From Fimbriosthenelais zetlandica (taxonomy: Eukaryota), in the NCBI GenBank assembly GCA_977030845.1, contig OZ365109.1, positions 61,876,001 through 61,940,000 on the forward strand: 64,000 bases of DNA, in the 5' to 3' direction. Below, in pieces: positions 1 to 10,599 of this stretch. Under the pieces are notes generated by a model, which saw only the letters and a list, made by a program, of their open reading frames with translations, was not told the origin of the DNA and did no database searches. Numbering within the stretch: position 1 is the stretch's first letter; each line of letters starts with the position of its first letter. The translations under genes and the position numbers were made by a program.

Positions 1-639
1 AGTCACCTACATGTACATGGACTGGGACTATGGAAATTACAGTGCTAGAAGTTCCCAGACAGTGAGCCAAACTTTAAAATAGCAATTTTGCCATTATTTT
101 GATACTTCAGACTCATAATTATTAAATTTTATTTTTCAAAGGTGGGGTATCACTGTTTGCCACTGCATCCAACCATGTTACCATTACATCAAAGCCTAAC
201 ATAAAGAAGTTATGACGGTTAGAATATGGCAGAATTTCAAAAAAAATAATCAAAATTTGGCCCTTTTTTTCTAATATTTGGGAAAAAAATGCAAAAAAAT
301 AATATTTAAATTCGAAAAATTGTTAAAAATACACTCCTTTGACAGAATGTGGCTCACAACTTTCATAAAGTCCCACACAAATATATTTTCAGTTAAAAAC
401 AGATCAAAATAATAAGTTACATTTTTGCAAAGGATTGAGCGATTTGCGACGTTTCTGACATGGCTGCAATGTTGACCGCAACAGAGTTGCAAGTTTATAC
501 AATGGAGGAAAATCCAGTGGATGTTTCCAGTATTAAAATGTAGGTCCATCAACGATATTGATCAAGTCAGCAAGTCTAAAAACATGACCTACAACACGTG
601 GCATAAGGCTAAGAAGTGAGCATATACTGCATGAAACGC

Positions 640-1050
640 GGCCCAGTCCTAGCTTTTCAATTTCCTCAAGGATCCTCAAGAGTAAATTATGAGGGGACAG
701 GTCATTAAAAATTACCGAACTGTGTCTTTCATCAGAGGTTCACCAACAACAGTCAACTAACAGGCAGGATATGGACATGGGTGGGATATAAGTCTGTTAG
801 AGTCTGTGGTGAGATAATCACATTTCCTCAGCAAAGTCCTCGTGCCAAGTAAAGGCTTCGGTTGGACCATAGACCATGATAGAGTTTGTGCATTTGGCTG
901 GGGCTGACCCTGTAGTAATAAAGCAGAACATGGCCAGTTGGAGACTAATGCCTGAGCTTCCTTCAGTGCTATTGCCTGCCCAGCGCTCCTCTCTCCCCAA
1001 CCCTCTTTTGTTTATCCCTAGCCATCCGGGGTCCCCACGCACGTTGATCA
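640..1050 (-). mobile_element. Highly decayed CR1/L2-type LINE ORF2 fragment (pre-RT/RT motif 0-1)
   Basis: Minus-strand translation gives RGDPGWLGI (cf. K.PG.DGI), FITTGSAPAKCTNSIMV (cf. TG.VP..WK.A.V) and PPMSISCLL...ERHSSVIFNDLSPHNLL (cf. YRPISL..CCK.LE...I...L..HNLL), in the right order. Confidence 0.4.
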
Positions 1051-1194
1051 TAGTCCACCCTTCTTCCTCTATAGTGGTATGTCAATATTCCCCAACCCGC
1101 TCACAGGGTGGTTGCGATGCTGGTTTTTTTTGTATTGAATGTTACATGTCAATGGTGAAAGCCCCTTGAACGGAACCCTAATCGATTAGTGCTT

Positions 1195-1406
1195 TAGCCG
1201 TTTCTTAGTTAAATAACGAGCGGATAGCGAACGAATTTAGTGAAAATTGCGTTAAAACCTCAATTTTTAGCCTGAAATGCACCAAAATTTAGCCCAGGTT
1301 TGCACTCGTTAGTAATCTCTATTTGTTCCTGTGTGATTAGCTAGTGCAAATCTCGCTGAAAATGTGTTAGTTATGCTCTCGTTATTTAACTAGGAAACGG
1401 CCCCTA
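1195..1406. mobile_element. MITE with ~24-35 bp terminal inverted repeats and TA flanks (Tc1/mariner-like target)
   Basis: GCCGTTTCTTAGTTAAATAACGAG (1197-1220) versus CTCGTTATTTAACTAGGAAACGGC (1378-1401), 23/24 complementary. TA at 1195-96 and 1405-06. Right end reads ...GGCCCC-TA. Additional internal imperfect inverted repeat (TTTGCACT...AGTGCAAA). Confidence 0.75.
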
Positions 1407-1614
1407 AGAGAGAATTCCCAGTGGACGTGGCCCTACGAGCCTCTTCATGTTTTAGACACACTGAGTGACCCTAGTCACTCTAATATCAACTACATGTATA
1501 TTATTATTCATCTTGCTACCCTCAATCCAACAATGTAGTCAGTAGATATCAATGCATTATTCTTAAAAAAAGCTACAGTACTATATTGAGAGTGTCCACA
1601 AATTTTACACAACT

Positions 1615-1789
1615 TTAGCCCCTTTTATTATATTTCGCTGACGAAATGTGGTTACCATGGCAACGGGGTTTTCATTTGGGAATATCCCAATCTATATTGG
1701 GCAAAGACAGGTGATATAACAGTGCATTAATGCATTCGTCGTCCACTATGTGCGATGCATTAATGCTTTGGTCGCCTCGAAAGGGTTAA
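1615..1789. mobile_element. Short piggyBac-like (TTAA-CCC...GGG-TTAA) non-autonomous element
   Basis: Right end AAAGGG-TTAA (1780-1789), degenerate left end TTAG-CCCCTTT (1615-1625). Internal twin palindromes GCATTAATGC (1724, 1757). Confidence 0.4.
1651..1664. promoter_or_regulatory. RFX X-box motif GTTACCATGGCAAC
   Basis: Exact match to the GTTRCCATGGYAAC consensus. It lies inside the putative piggyBac-like element, so function is unknown. Confidence 0.45.
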
Positions 1790-3599
1790 TAGAACTAATA
1801 GCTGGTCAGGCCCTTCCTATGGACCCTGTTACCATCAGGACCATTGGTCGGCATGCAAAGCTTTTAATGACCTCTGCCTGCTAACAGCGGTTCCTAACAA
1901 GGGCCACGTTTAGAGATGATGTGGTCAGTTCACCATTTGGATGTACTGGAAGTATAATGTTTAATGATGAAACCAATAGAGTGAGGCTAAAAACGACAAG
2001 TGATTGATACATTATTAAAGCGGTATTTCAGCGGTTTCCTCTGCCCGAGGCCCATCGTGAAGAGGATATGACCAAAAGCCTGCATTTTAAGGTGTTTTTT
2101 TCTAATTTTGTGTTCGAATAATCATAACAAACGTTATTTTTTTTCTAATATGATAACATCTAATTAGTTGTGTGAGGATATTATGAATAGATAATCTGGA
2201 AAAAGATTTTTTCCAAAGATAAAATTCTGAGTGGCATTTATATGCCAAGGTAAATACATGTATGGCCCAAAGATTCAAGAAAGGCAATCAAGTTTTACAT
2301 TTTCTTCATTTTTTGTCTTCATTTTTAGCTTGGATTCTGTACAATGATGTTCATTTTGTTCACTCTGGTGATGAAATTAGACGTACTGATGAGGCCAATA
2401 GTGTGTATTGTTAGAAGAGCATTACGCATCGACTGGAATGCAAAATCTTATTAGATAATGGAAGACTGGTGCCAATTACACACTAATAACATTACCTTGG
2501 CCAGCTTGTCTTTCTGCTACTCCATTATGGTAAAGGTTCCCCAATGTGATCCCATTTGCATCCCCTATGCTTGGCTTGATCCTCACCCGAGTTTTTTTTT
2601 TACCAATATTAAAGGACCGAGAAAAATATCGATCTCTCCTGATCGTATTGCGATAATCTGTTAAGCAAATTCATTGGTTATTTTTGGTGAAGGATTGGAT
2701 ATTGACGGTGTAAAGGTTCAAGCGGGTGTGTATATATAATGTGTCATGGCCTCTGTCTGGAGTACAAAACATTTCGCATAGGATCCCCCATACAGTGGCT
2801 CACCGTCTTTGGCAGATAAGCCTGGTCAGCTTGCCCGAGAACCCAACATGTCGAGGGTATATAGCCCCTGAACCCAGCATCTTTTCAACCCACAAAATCT
2901 GGGGGCCATTAAACCAATCATGCCCATTATTCGTGAAGCTTAAATGAATAAATAAGAAAGACTGGTAGCTCGTCTGCAAGGGCAGAGGTTGGTTGATCAC
3001 AGTAAAATATCCTGACTAAAGCTTTTTTGTTGGTGCTTTGTAAGGTTGGGTGTATAGGAGGAGGAGGCGGTGGTGGTAGTGGGATGTGTTGAGGTGGTGG
3101 TGGGATGGAGATGGGGATTCGTTGGCTTGCTCTAGCAGACCGAGGATGTTCGCTTCAGCTCAATCCACAAGTCACATGCTATTCGGCCGGCCATTATTCA
3201 CGGTGCCCAGCTAATCCAATCTGCTGACCTATACTGGAGCGCACCTCCTCCATGACTAAAACATACTTCTTCTTCCTCTTCCTTCTACTCCCTCCTTCTC
3301 CGCAAAGCTACTACCACAAACCTAATGTTATTCCCCAGCAAGACGGCAATACCTGGGTATAACAATGTTCCTATTCCACAGACATGTCAAACAAAGACTG
3401 TTGGAATGCAACAATGCATTTTTCGATAGAAAGTAGCTATCAACTATTTATTAAACCAAAGGATGGCATCATAAAATTACCTTTCGTTTTAAAAGGTCAA
3501 TCTTTCGATACATAAAATCAAATATCGTTTTTGGAACTGGCAATCTACATATATCCTGGTATATAGAAGAGGACGACTTCCATTTTGACAGATAATTTG

Positions 3600-4260
3600 C
3601 CCATATCAACACTTGGTCAATGCCGATAGCCCTCAGATCGCCATTGGTAGAAGACTACTCGGAATTTTTGTCCCAGATCTGACACGGCATGCCAAACACG
3701 GTCAGGCCAGAAGATATCAGGGGAGATAAAAGTTGACCTCGCACGACTAGTATGTCCTCTACCGTTCGACCCTTCAATCCGCTTCTTCCGTGCACTCTGC
3801 TGTGGCATGAAAGTTGACCCAGCCATCCAGTGGTCTCCCATGTTAGTCCACGAACAAGTATAATGTCTCTACTCTAGAGAGATTACTTTCAATTTAATTG
3901 TGGCTACCATAAAGTACATGGTTTTATCACTTATTCTCACATACTGTACCCGAGGGACCGACAAATTAAAATGAATATCATCACGGGTCATATACTTTAA
4001 TGTTGCATAGTTTTTCAGGTCAAGCCACCCGAAGATTTCAAAGAATATCACATCTCGCCAAAATTTATTTTTGGGGAAAATTGCTTCCATCCTTCCCATA
4101 AGATATCCATTGCCCTATCCATAATACCCAAGAGCACTGCTCTGCCACCGTTTAGGAATGCTCCATTCATTAAGCTCCGGTATTTGCGATGCCACAAGCT
4201 TATAAACCCTGGCAAACATATTTCCTCGGGCCTCTGACTTGTCTCATGATGAATGGATGT
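3600..4260 (-). mobile_element. Decayed LINE APE endonuclease fragment (RTEX/CR1-like)
   Basis: HETSQRPEEICLPGFISLWHRKYRS...NGGRAVLL (cf. ET..I..PGY...R.R...GG..V), DILW, DIILVRGL..TG (cf. DIIL.GD.N.RTG) and SNGRGHTSRARSTFISP (cf. NGR..D..G..TF), with frameshifts. Confidence 0.55.
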
Positions 4261-4849
4261 TCGGATGAGAGGCTGGGTGGATGTGACACCCTTCTCTGCC
4301 TGCATTGCTTAAAGATGAATATATATATGCCACCCAGCGGTTTTGACTCGCTAGAGACGTTCTGACAACATGTACCTTCATATTTAAGTGCATAATAAGT
4401 TACAACTATATACCACTATACTATTCGACCTGCATGTGCAGTACCTATATACGTTTGACCACAAGCGAGTACAATAGCCAAATGTCCATGTGCATCTTAA
4501 AATCATCTCTATCCAATTCCACTATTTGATAAAATGAAAGTATTGAGTTATTCGAAAGCAAGCAATGAAATTTATTTTTTCACGTTTGATATATCGAAAC
4601 ATTTGATGAAACATGAGTCGAGCTTCATAATTTAGCTATTCTCTATAAGGTCTTATTATTTGCTATTTTAACAGGAAACTACAGGAAGACACATTGCTCT
4701 TTTTAGAGATTAATCACTGTATAGACTACATTAGATGCTTGTCATGATCAATTTATGAAGGCTTTTCCCTAAAACAAACAAATCAGCTATCAGCCGTAAG
4801 CGCGGTAGCCATTTAATAATTGCAACTTGCTTGTTGACAGCCAAGCCGT

Positions 4850-5880
4850 CAGCAAGGATAAGGAAGAATTATAACCCTGTCTCTTCATGGATAAGTTTTT
4901 GTGTGAAATCGGCCCATTTCTGTATCCCCTGATTAATTTATTGCAGCCTTTCAGAATCAATAATAGTGCGTTTATTCGCGGGGTGTGCTCAGTGCATGGT
5001 GACTTCGCACAATAAAATTGGGTAGGAATAATTGGTGCCATTTACAATACCTACATCATCTATCAGTGCACCGCCCACACGCTCCTGCAACAGACAGGCC
5101 TCTTGATCCGGATATGCAGGAATCCGAATCTCACAAACATCACCCTCATGAAATGACTGGCAAAATCAGATCTATATATGCCTCTTACTGTGAATCCGCC
5201 TCATAAACTAACCGGAATTAGTACTCACAGACTTCAATGTCTTATGGTCCTCCTTCAAAGTTGGATTCATTTATCAAAATTGAGGTAGCCTATAATATTC
5301 CCGTTAATAATGACCAAATGAAAATCGTAATAAAATTGTGTGTCTTTTTTCGTTCATGTTGATGATAGTACAGACCAATAATTAAATTTTATTCAGGCAC
5401 ACATGCAAATGAAATTTGTCAGTTAGATATTGCGAGGAAGACTTCATTCTGGAACCAGGAAGGCTTACTGTTCCAAAATGCACACCTTAGAGCTCGATCA
5501 CACACAGTCACCCTTGTTGCCATGCACTGTGTCAGACAATATACATCGTCTGTCAGAAGGTCTGACAAACAATGCAGTAATTAATGATCAACATACTTTA
5601 TATTTCACATCTCTTCATGAGATAGAGCAACGTTACTGCTCAACAAGTAAACAGTCAACCCATAGAAGAAAAACTGATTTTTGAAAGCCCCAAAAAGGTG
5701 ATGATATATGGGATGGGTGCCATGAATACGGTTGTTGGAGACTGGTATAGAGACCCACTTGTGGAACAGAATGTCAACCCTGCTTGGCCGAGGCCTTTTG
5801 CCCACCTGTTAATCTAAACATTGGCAGAGACATGTCAACACGTCCCATGTCTGGTGATTTGTTTGGTCTTGCCTTCGGAT
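4850..5880 (-). mobile_element. Decayed CR1/L2-type LINE reverse-transcriptase domain
   Basis: Ordered motifs across shifting frames: PKARPNKSPD; RVDILFHKWVSIPVSNNR (cf. V.PLFKKG...VSNYR); HCLSDLLTDDVY; IEL*GVHFGTVS (cf. IDL.KAFDTVS); QYLTDKFHLHVCLNK (cf. SYLTDR.Q.V.LNG); ILLCEVTM (cf. LFADDT); LQ*INQGIQKWAD. Confidence 0.65.
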
Positions 5881-6603
5881 CCCATTTGGTGAGGGAGAGG
5901 GAGAAAGGAGGCCATGGCCAGGCTGTATCAAGAAGGCTAGCTACTGGTTTGAAGGTTTTATAGAGAAGGAATTGGCATGTATAGACTTTAATCTTTAGAG
6001 TCTCTCCGGCTAATTTCTGCACTTATGTCAAAATTGATGAACAATAATCTGCGCTGTCCCTAATCCCATGCTCCCTGCTCGCATATTTTCACCTCTATTT
6101 CTTCCACAGTCCATAGGGCCTATATCGATCGAGAATTATATTCTACAGCAAAATCTCAGGGCCGGTGGCTACAGACTCCCAACTAATGATTATCGACTTA
6201 AACATCGCATCATTCTAGCACAGTGAAGACTGGCGGGACAATTCCTTTCTCCCATTTCCCTGGAGACATCAAGCCAAAGAAGAATGTGGAAAGCAAGTCC
6301 GACCAGCCAATTGCATTTCAAACACGGCATAAAAAGCCACAAATATTTGGAGATGATTACATCTGTACACTTGTTTTTAATGTTTACCTGGTGGTGGAAG
6401 GAAGGGAAGGCCTTGCATCTGTTAAAGACTCCAAGTGTGGTAATAGCATTCGATTGGAGACCAGTGAAGCGATGTGGGCTGTTCCAAGGCTGCCAGGAAC
6501 AAGTTCGCTGTTTATTGTCATGCTACTCAGAAATGCTCATAACGTTTACTTCATTTGTACGTTCTGTGTCATACATATTATAGTTTAAGTTCCCAGATAT
6601 ACA

Positions 6604-6670
6604 ATAGCCATGCGTTTATATCGATATAAATGAATAACCATGCATTTATATCGATATAAATGTATGGCTA
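6604..6670. repeat. 30-bp tandem duplication of a palindrome, itself forming a ~66-bp inverted repeat
   Basis: ATAGCCATGCGTTTATATCGATATAAATGA / ATAACCATGCATTTATATCGATATAAATGT / ATGGCTA. Contains a perfect 20-bp palindrome at 6643-6662. Confidence 0.9.
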
Positions 6671-6889
6671 GGAAAGCTTGATATAAAAGGAGCAGTATCA
6701 TAGATTTAATTACGTTCTTTCTTTTAAGTATATCTACAGGTCTTTAAATCTTATAAGATTTATGGAAATACTTAAACTTAACTTAAACTTAAAAAGGAAG
6801 GACATACTTACGATGGGCCGTCTTAGTGTACATTGCGCCTGACAGTGCCCCTTTAAATGACATTATAGTTTTTTTTATTACAGTCTGTT

Positions 6890-6952
6890 CACTTTAAGTT
6901 GATCTGAAACCACAGTACAAACAGTTACGTGGTTTCGGATCAACTTAGAGTG
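6890..6952 (+). repeat. 24-bp-stem hairpin (inverted repeat with 15-nt loop)
   Basis: CACTTTAAGTTGATCTGAAACCAC (6890-6913) versus GTGGTTTCGGATCAACTTAGAGTG (6929-6952). 22/24 Watson-Crick; both mismatches are G.U on the + strand. Confidence 0.85.
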
Positions 6953-6982
6953 TAGTATTTTGCTGAGAGGCATATGGACACC

Positions 6983-7222
6983 ACAAAAGCTACGAGTGTC
7001 TCCACGACACTGCGTCGTTACACTTTTGCTCATCGAAATTTGTCAACGACGGCCAACGAGGGTCAACGAGAGGGCCACCTATCGTGAAAAGCTATGAGTA
7101 TGACAACGTCCCCCCTTGTGTTAGCTTACGACAGCTTTTCGCGATAGTTGGCCCTATCGTTAACCCTCGTTGGACGTCGTTGAAAAAATTCCAATGTAAC
7201 GACGCAGTGTCGTAGCTTTTGT
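6983..7222. mobile_element. Foldback/MITE-like element with ~100-bp inverted arms
   Basis: 19-bp perfect IR (7004-7022 / 7195-7213), 58-bp IR with 7 mismatches (7036-7093 / 7133-7190), outer ACAAAAGCT/AGCTTTTGT and a 39-nt loop. Confidence 0.75.
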
Positions 7223-7450
7223 CCACAGAAAAAACATTGTCAACGATGGTACAATGGAAATGCTTATACGAAGGGTCGTTGGGCCTCGTGGACTTAGTAC
7301 AAAGTACTAGTAGCTTATACACCACACTGTCAGAACAAGACATATTTGCCAGGCTATCTGCCAGAGGGCAGCAGCATTTGCGACGTCATTTATGATGTCA
7401 CAAAGTGTCTGCGATGCGAGGGAGAATAGAAGAGTCATCACTAGTGACTA

Positions 7451-7523
7451 ATATACATGTATTATTCCTTATATACATGTATTATTCCTTATATACATGT
7501 ATTATTCCTTATATTTATTCCTT
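7451..7523. repeat. 20-bp minisatellite (ATATACATGTATTATTCCTT)x3 plus a truncated 4th copy
   Basis: Three perfect copies at 7451-7510. The fourth copy, ATATTTATTCCTT, lacks ACATGTA. Confidence 0.95.
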
Positions 7524-7639
7524 AACGAACTTTGACAAAATTAATGACAGAAAGCATGCATTTGCATTATAATTATATAATTATCAAATTCTAAAGTAAA
7601 AATTAAATTGGGAAAGAACTATTAGGCCAAATCAATGAA

Positions 7640-7883
7640 ACAGTGATCCCTATATATGCTCTATAATTTAGTGCTGCCTCCTTGAGGTTTCACGTCGCAG
7701 GCACATAACAGGATACCTCACCCAGTCACATTATCCTGATACCAGGCCGAACTGTCATAGCTGGGTGCCAAGAGAGCGAGTCACTAATACCAATTTTAAG
7801 TGTTTGTGACCCAGCCGCGGTTCGAACAGGCGATCTTCCACCCACGGCGCAGACATTCTAACCACTACACCACCATGGTGGTC
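7640..7883 (-). mobile_element. tRNA-derived SINE
   Basis: On the - strand: Pol III A-box TGGTGTAGTGGT (7872-7861) and B-box GTTCGAACC (7827-7819), followed by a non-tRNA body (AAAATTGGTATTAG...ATCAGGATAATGTGACTGGGTG...GGCAGCACTAAA) resembling widespread invertebrate SINE central domains. No intact cloverleaf. Confidence 0.75.
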
Positions 7884-8119
7884 CCCCGACATTTTGTTAC
7901 CATACCTAACCATTGTTAAAAGATCGTCAAGTTAAATGTGAATTTCTTTATTTTAAATGCACTCTAGGGCGGGGTTCTATGTGGACTGTAAAGAAAATCC
8001 TTTGCCACACGATCAAGTGATACAAGGTGAATTTAGATATCAAAGTAATCCCCCCAAGCAGTAAGGCTCTGTTGCTCAGGTTCCAACCAATGCTTGTCGG
8101 TGCAAGAAGGCCTTTTTAT

Positions 8120-8400
8120 CCTTCATGTAACCAATGATTACTATTGACGATCTAAGAACATTGATTATCGGACCTATGGAACATGAAGGGGAATCGGAAG
8201 GGGTGAGGTGGAGTGGGGCGGGAGGAAAATGAAAGAATGGCGCCTGCGTAGTGGTGGTGAGGGACATGACGGTTTACTAAGGAGGCCTGATAACGACGTA
8301 GGGATGGCTTGGTCGCGAGCGCCAGAGCACAATCCAAGATTCAGCACTGGCAGTAGATGCATCTGCTTGCAGGCATCTGCCACCTCCATCTGCATCCACT
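8120..8400 (-). mobile_element. Possible decayed LINE APE fragment
   Basis: A single frame reads DGGGRC...ESWIVLW...YVVIRPP ... SIVIIGY (cf. GGGV..E.LW..YRPP..I+GDFN), interrupted by a purine/pyrimidine tract. Confidence 0.3.
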
Positions 8401-9483
8401 GCTGCAGCTGCAGCTGACCCGGCTGCTGGCTTTGCTGCTACTGCTTCTTCTGCTGCTGTTCTTGCCTGAGCATCGTTGATGCTCATGGTTCTACTACAGC
8501 CTCTCACTCACCACTCACACTCTCGCAGGGTCTTGAATGGCCGAGCGTAGGCTTCCTCCACCGGCCGTGCTTTCACATCTGCTTAGGCCATCTGTCTCCA
8601 TGCGGTTTCCAGCCAGCATGGGGCAGCAAGAGCAGCAGTTTAAGCAGCAGCAGTAGTTCTGTGTACATCTGCCAATGTGAGGCGCTCTCTCTCTAGGTAT
8701 GGTCCCCACCAGTGGTGGATGTGATGCAGCCATGGCCATGGACGGACGATGAAAGCTGGGAGTAGAAAGAGCATCCTAGTGTGTACGGAGAGGGATAATC
8801 AGTGGACAGTAGGCCTGAATAACTATATTAATCACTGGGCCTTGGAGTTACACTAGGAAGGGAAACAGTAAGTGGAAAGAAAGAATGCTACCCACATGGC
8901 CACGAGGAGGACTACGGGTTGTGGGTTGAGCTCTGTCTGTGCTTGTGAGCAGTGCTGCAGCAGTGAGGACAATTGTAGTGGCTTCTCGGAGCACAAGCAA
9001 GAGCTTTGGCTGTGGGTGAACTGTTGTAGATTGAGCGGTGGTGGTGGGTGCTCCTGTGGGGACAGCACACAGGAGCAGCTACCGGTGGCTGTTGGAAGAG
9101 AGGCAGTGTCGCACAGATAGAACTTGCAGCTTGGAGCACCAATCCTGCCACCGCATCCTTCGGGGGAGAGAGGAAGAGAGAAAGAGAGTGTAGGAGAAGT
9201 ACATCTGCTGCATGCTAGCATGTTTAGTGAAGCCAGCGAGCTCCTGAACTGCAGCTGCATCTGAAGCAGAGGAGTAGCAGAAGCTCGAGCAGTTGCAGGA
9301 GCAGGAGCTGCCGTCAGCTTAGGACAGGCAGATGCAGCTGGCAGGAGGAACAGCAAAACACATTAACATAGCAATGGTCCGTGCTAGCGGCCTTCATCAT
9401 TCACCTTCTCCTGATAGTCACCATTTTCTTGGTCTGTCTGCCCATCACAATCCACCCCAACTCCATCCTTGTGGTCTTCACTG

Positions 9484-10509
9484 ATGATGGACCGTGGCGT
9501 TTCACATGCTAGTGGTCTCCTCCCAACGCGCCGTGACCACAGTGGCCGACCGCCTCAGTCTTCTTTAGTCGTCTCTACACACCCGGGACATCTGCAACGT
9601 CTTAGCATCACTCTACAAAAAGAGATACAACACAGTCAAGCCGGTCTGCTGCCTTCTACAGATTTTAGCCAGGCGCAACTACCATCATCTGGATCAACTT
9701 TTATAACTGCTTCCTTCCAATCTGAGTCTGAGCACACTGAGAAAAACAATTGGGATTTTCTTTGCCCAAAGGTGCCGGTCGTGGTAGTTCCAGTTGTAAC
9801 AGGTACAGCCAATGTCTACTATAGAATCGTGGGTGGCTGCCAGTTCACCATACGGATAAACAGGCTCTTAGACCGTCACAGAGGAAGTCCCAATATCAGT
9901 GACGAACAAGGGTCTCCTGATACAAAAGAGGTCAGTCACTGGAGACGGCCATCAGCCCTTCTCAACTCCTCTTCCACCTTCTTTTCCTCCACCTCAAAAA
10001 TCGCCATCACCCAAGTCACCCCCACCACCCACTCCTGTTGCACCTCTTACTCCTGCTCCAGTCCCTACAAGGACGATTGGCGGCTGGCAATTGAAAAACT
10101 GTTGCTAGTCAAACTAGTCAACACTTCAGCAATCATCCTCAGCATCATAAGGCAAGCTGCTTTCGTGCTGGCACGGATTTTTTGTCTGATTTTGACCTCA
10201 ATTGCCAACACATGGTCAGGGGTAAATGCTGTTCAAGCTTACGCCGAGATAGAAGGTTCCCACTGTAGAAAGGACAACACTATTGCTGGTGCTGCGGCTG
10301 AGATATTAGCAGTGTGCTGTTGGGTTGCTGGAGTAGCCATTGGCTTACCTTGTGCCAGAATAGGAGAACTTCGCACAGCAGCTGCTGTACCCATCTCGAC
10401 AGTCACAAAAATATCCCCTCCCCAGTGCATTTATACACACCAAAACTGCCCTGGAGTTCTTAATGACTTCCTCATTGCCCCGACCAACCTTTTCCTTATG
10501 TGTATATGA
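9484..10509 (+). CDS. Long intronless ORF of unknown nature (341 aa from ATG; frame open 9418-10509)
   Basis: No stop for about 364 codons and two hydrophobic stretches. No recognisable domain, and parts read like the antisense of an acidic protein, so coding status is doubtful. Confidence 0.15.
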   Translation: MMDRGVSHASGLLPTRRDHSGRPPQSSLVVSTHPGHLQRLSITLQKEIQHSQAGLLPSTDFSQAQLPSSGSTFITASFQSESEHTEKNNWDFLCPKVPVVVVPVVTGTANVYYRIVGGCQFTIRINRLLDRHRGSPNISDEQGSPDTKEVSHWRRPSALLNSSSTFFSSTSKIAITQVTPTTHSCCTSYSCSSPYKDDWRLAIEKLLLVKLVNTSAIILSIIRQAAFVLARIFCLILTSIANTWSGVNAVQAYAEIEGSHCRKDNTIAGAAAEILAVCCWVAGVAIGLPCARIGELRTAAAVPISTVTKISPPQCIYTHQNCPGVLNDFLIAPTNLFLMCI

Positions 10510-10599
10510 GATATTCAACCCATAACAAGAAGAACGTGATCACTGGAATACTCATCAATATTGTGTTTTGTACGTAATTATAAAAAATTATTCTCGCGA

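Noticed and set aside
2670-2860. SF2 helicase motif V-like string IFGEGLDIDGV on the + strand
   Set aside because: Motif VI is not at the right spacing and there are stops nearby. No other helicase motifs.
6050-6062. REST/RE1 half-sites (GCGCTGTCC here; GTGCTGTCC at ~38323)
   Set aside because: Only half-sites; no full 21-bp RE1 was found.
7815-7883. tRNA gene
   Set aside because: A- and B-boxes are present but there is no intact cloverleaf or terminator, and a SINE body follows.
10385-10445. EGF-like motif on the - strand (VCINALGRGYFCDCRDGYSSCC)
   Set aside because: Isolated, final Cys spacing is off, no splice sites, surrounding frame is full of stops, and it lies at the 3' continuation of the L1/Tx1 fossil. 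Probably chance.
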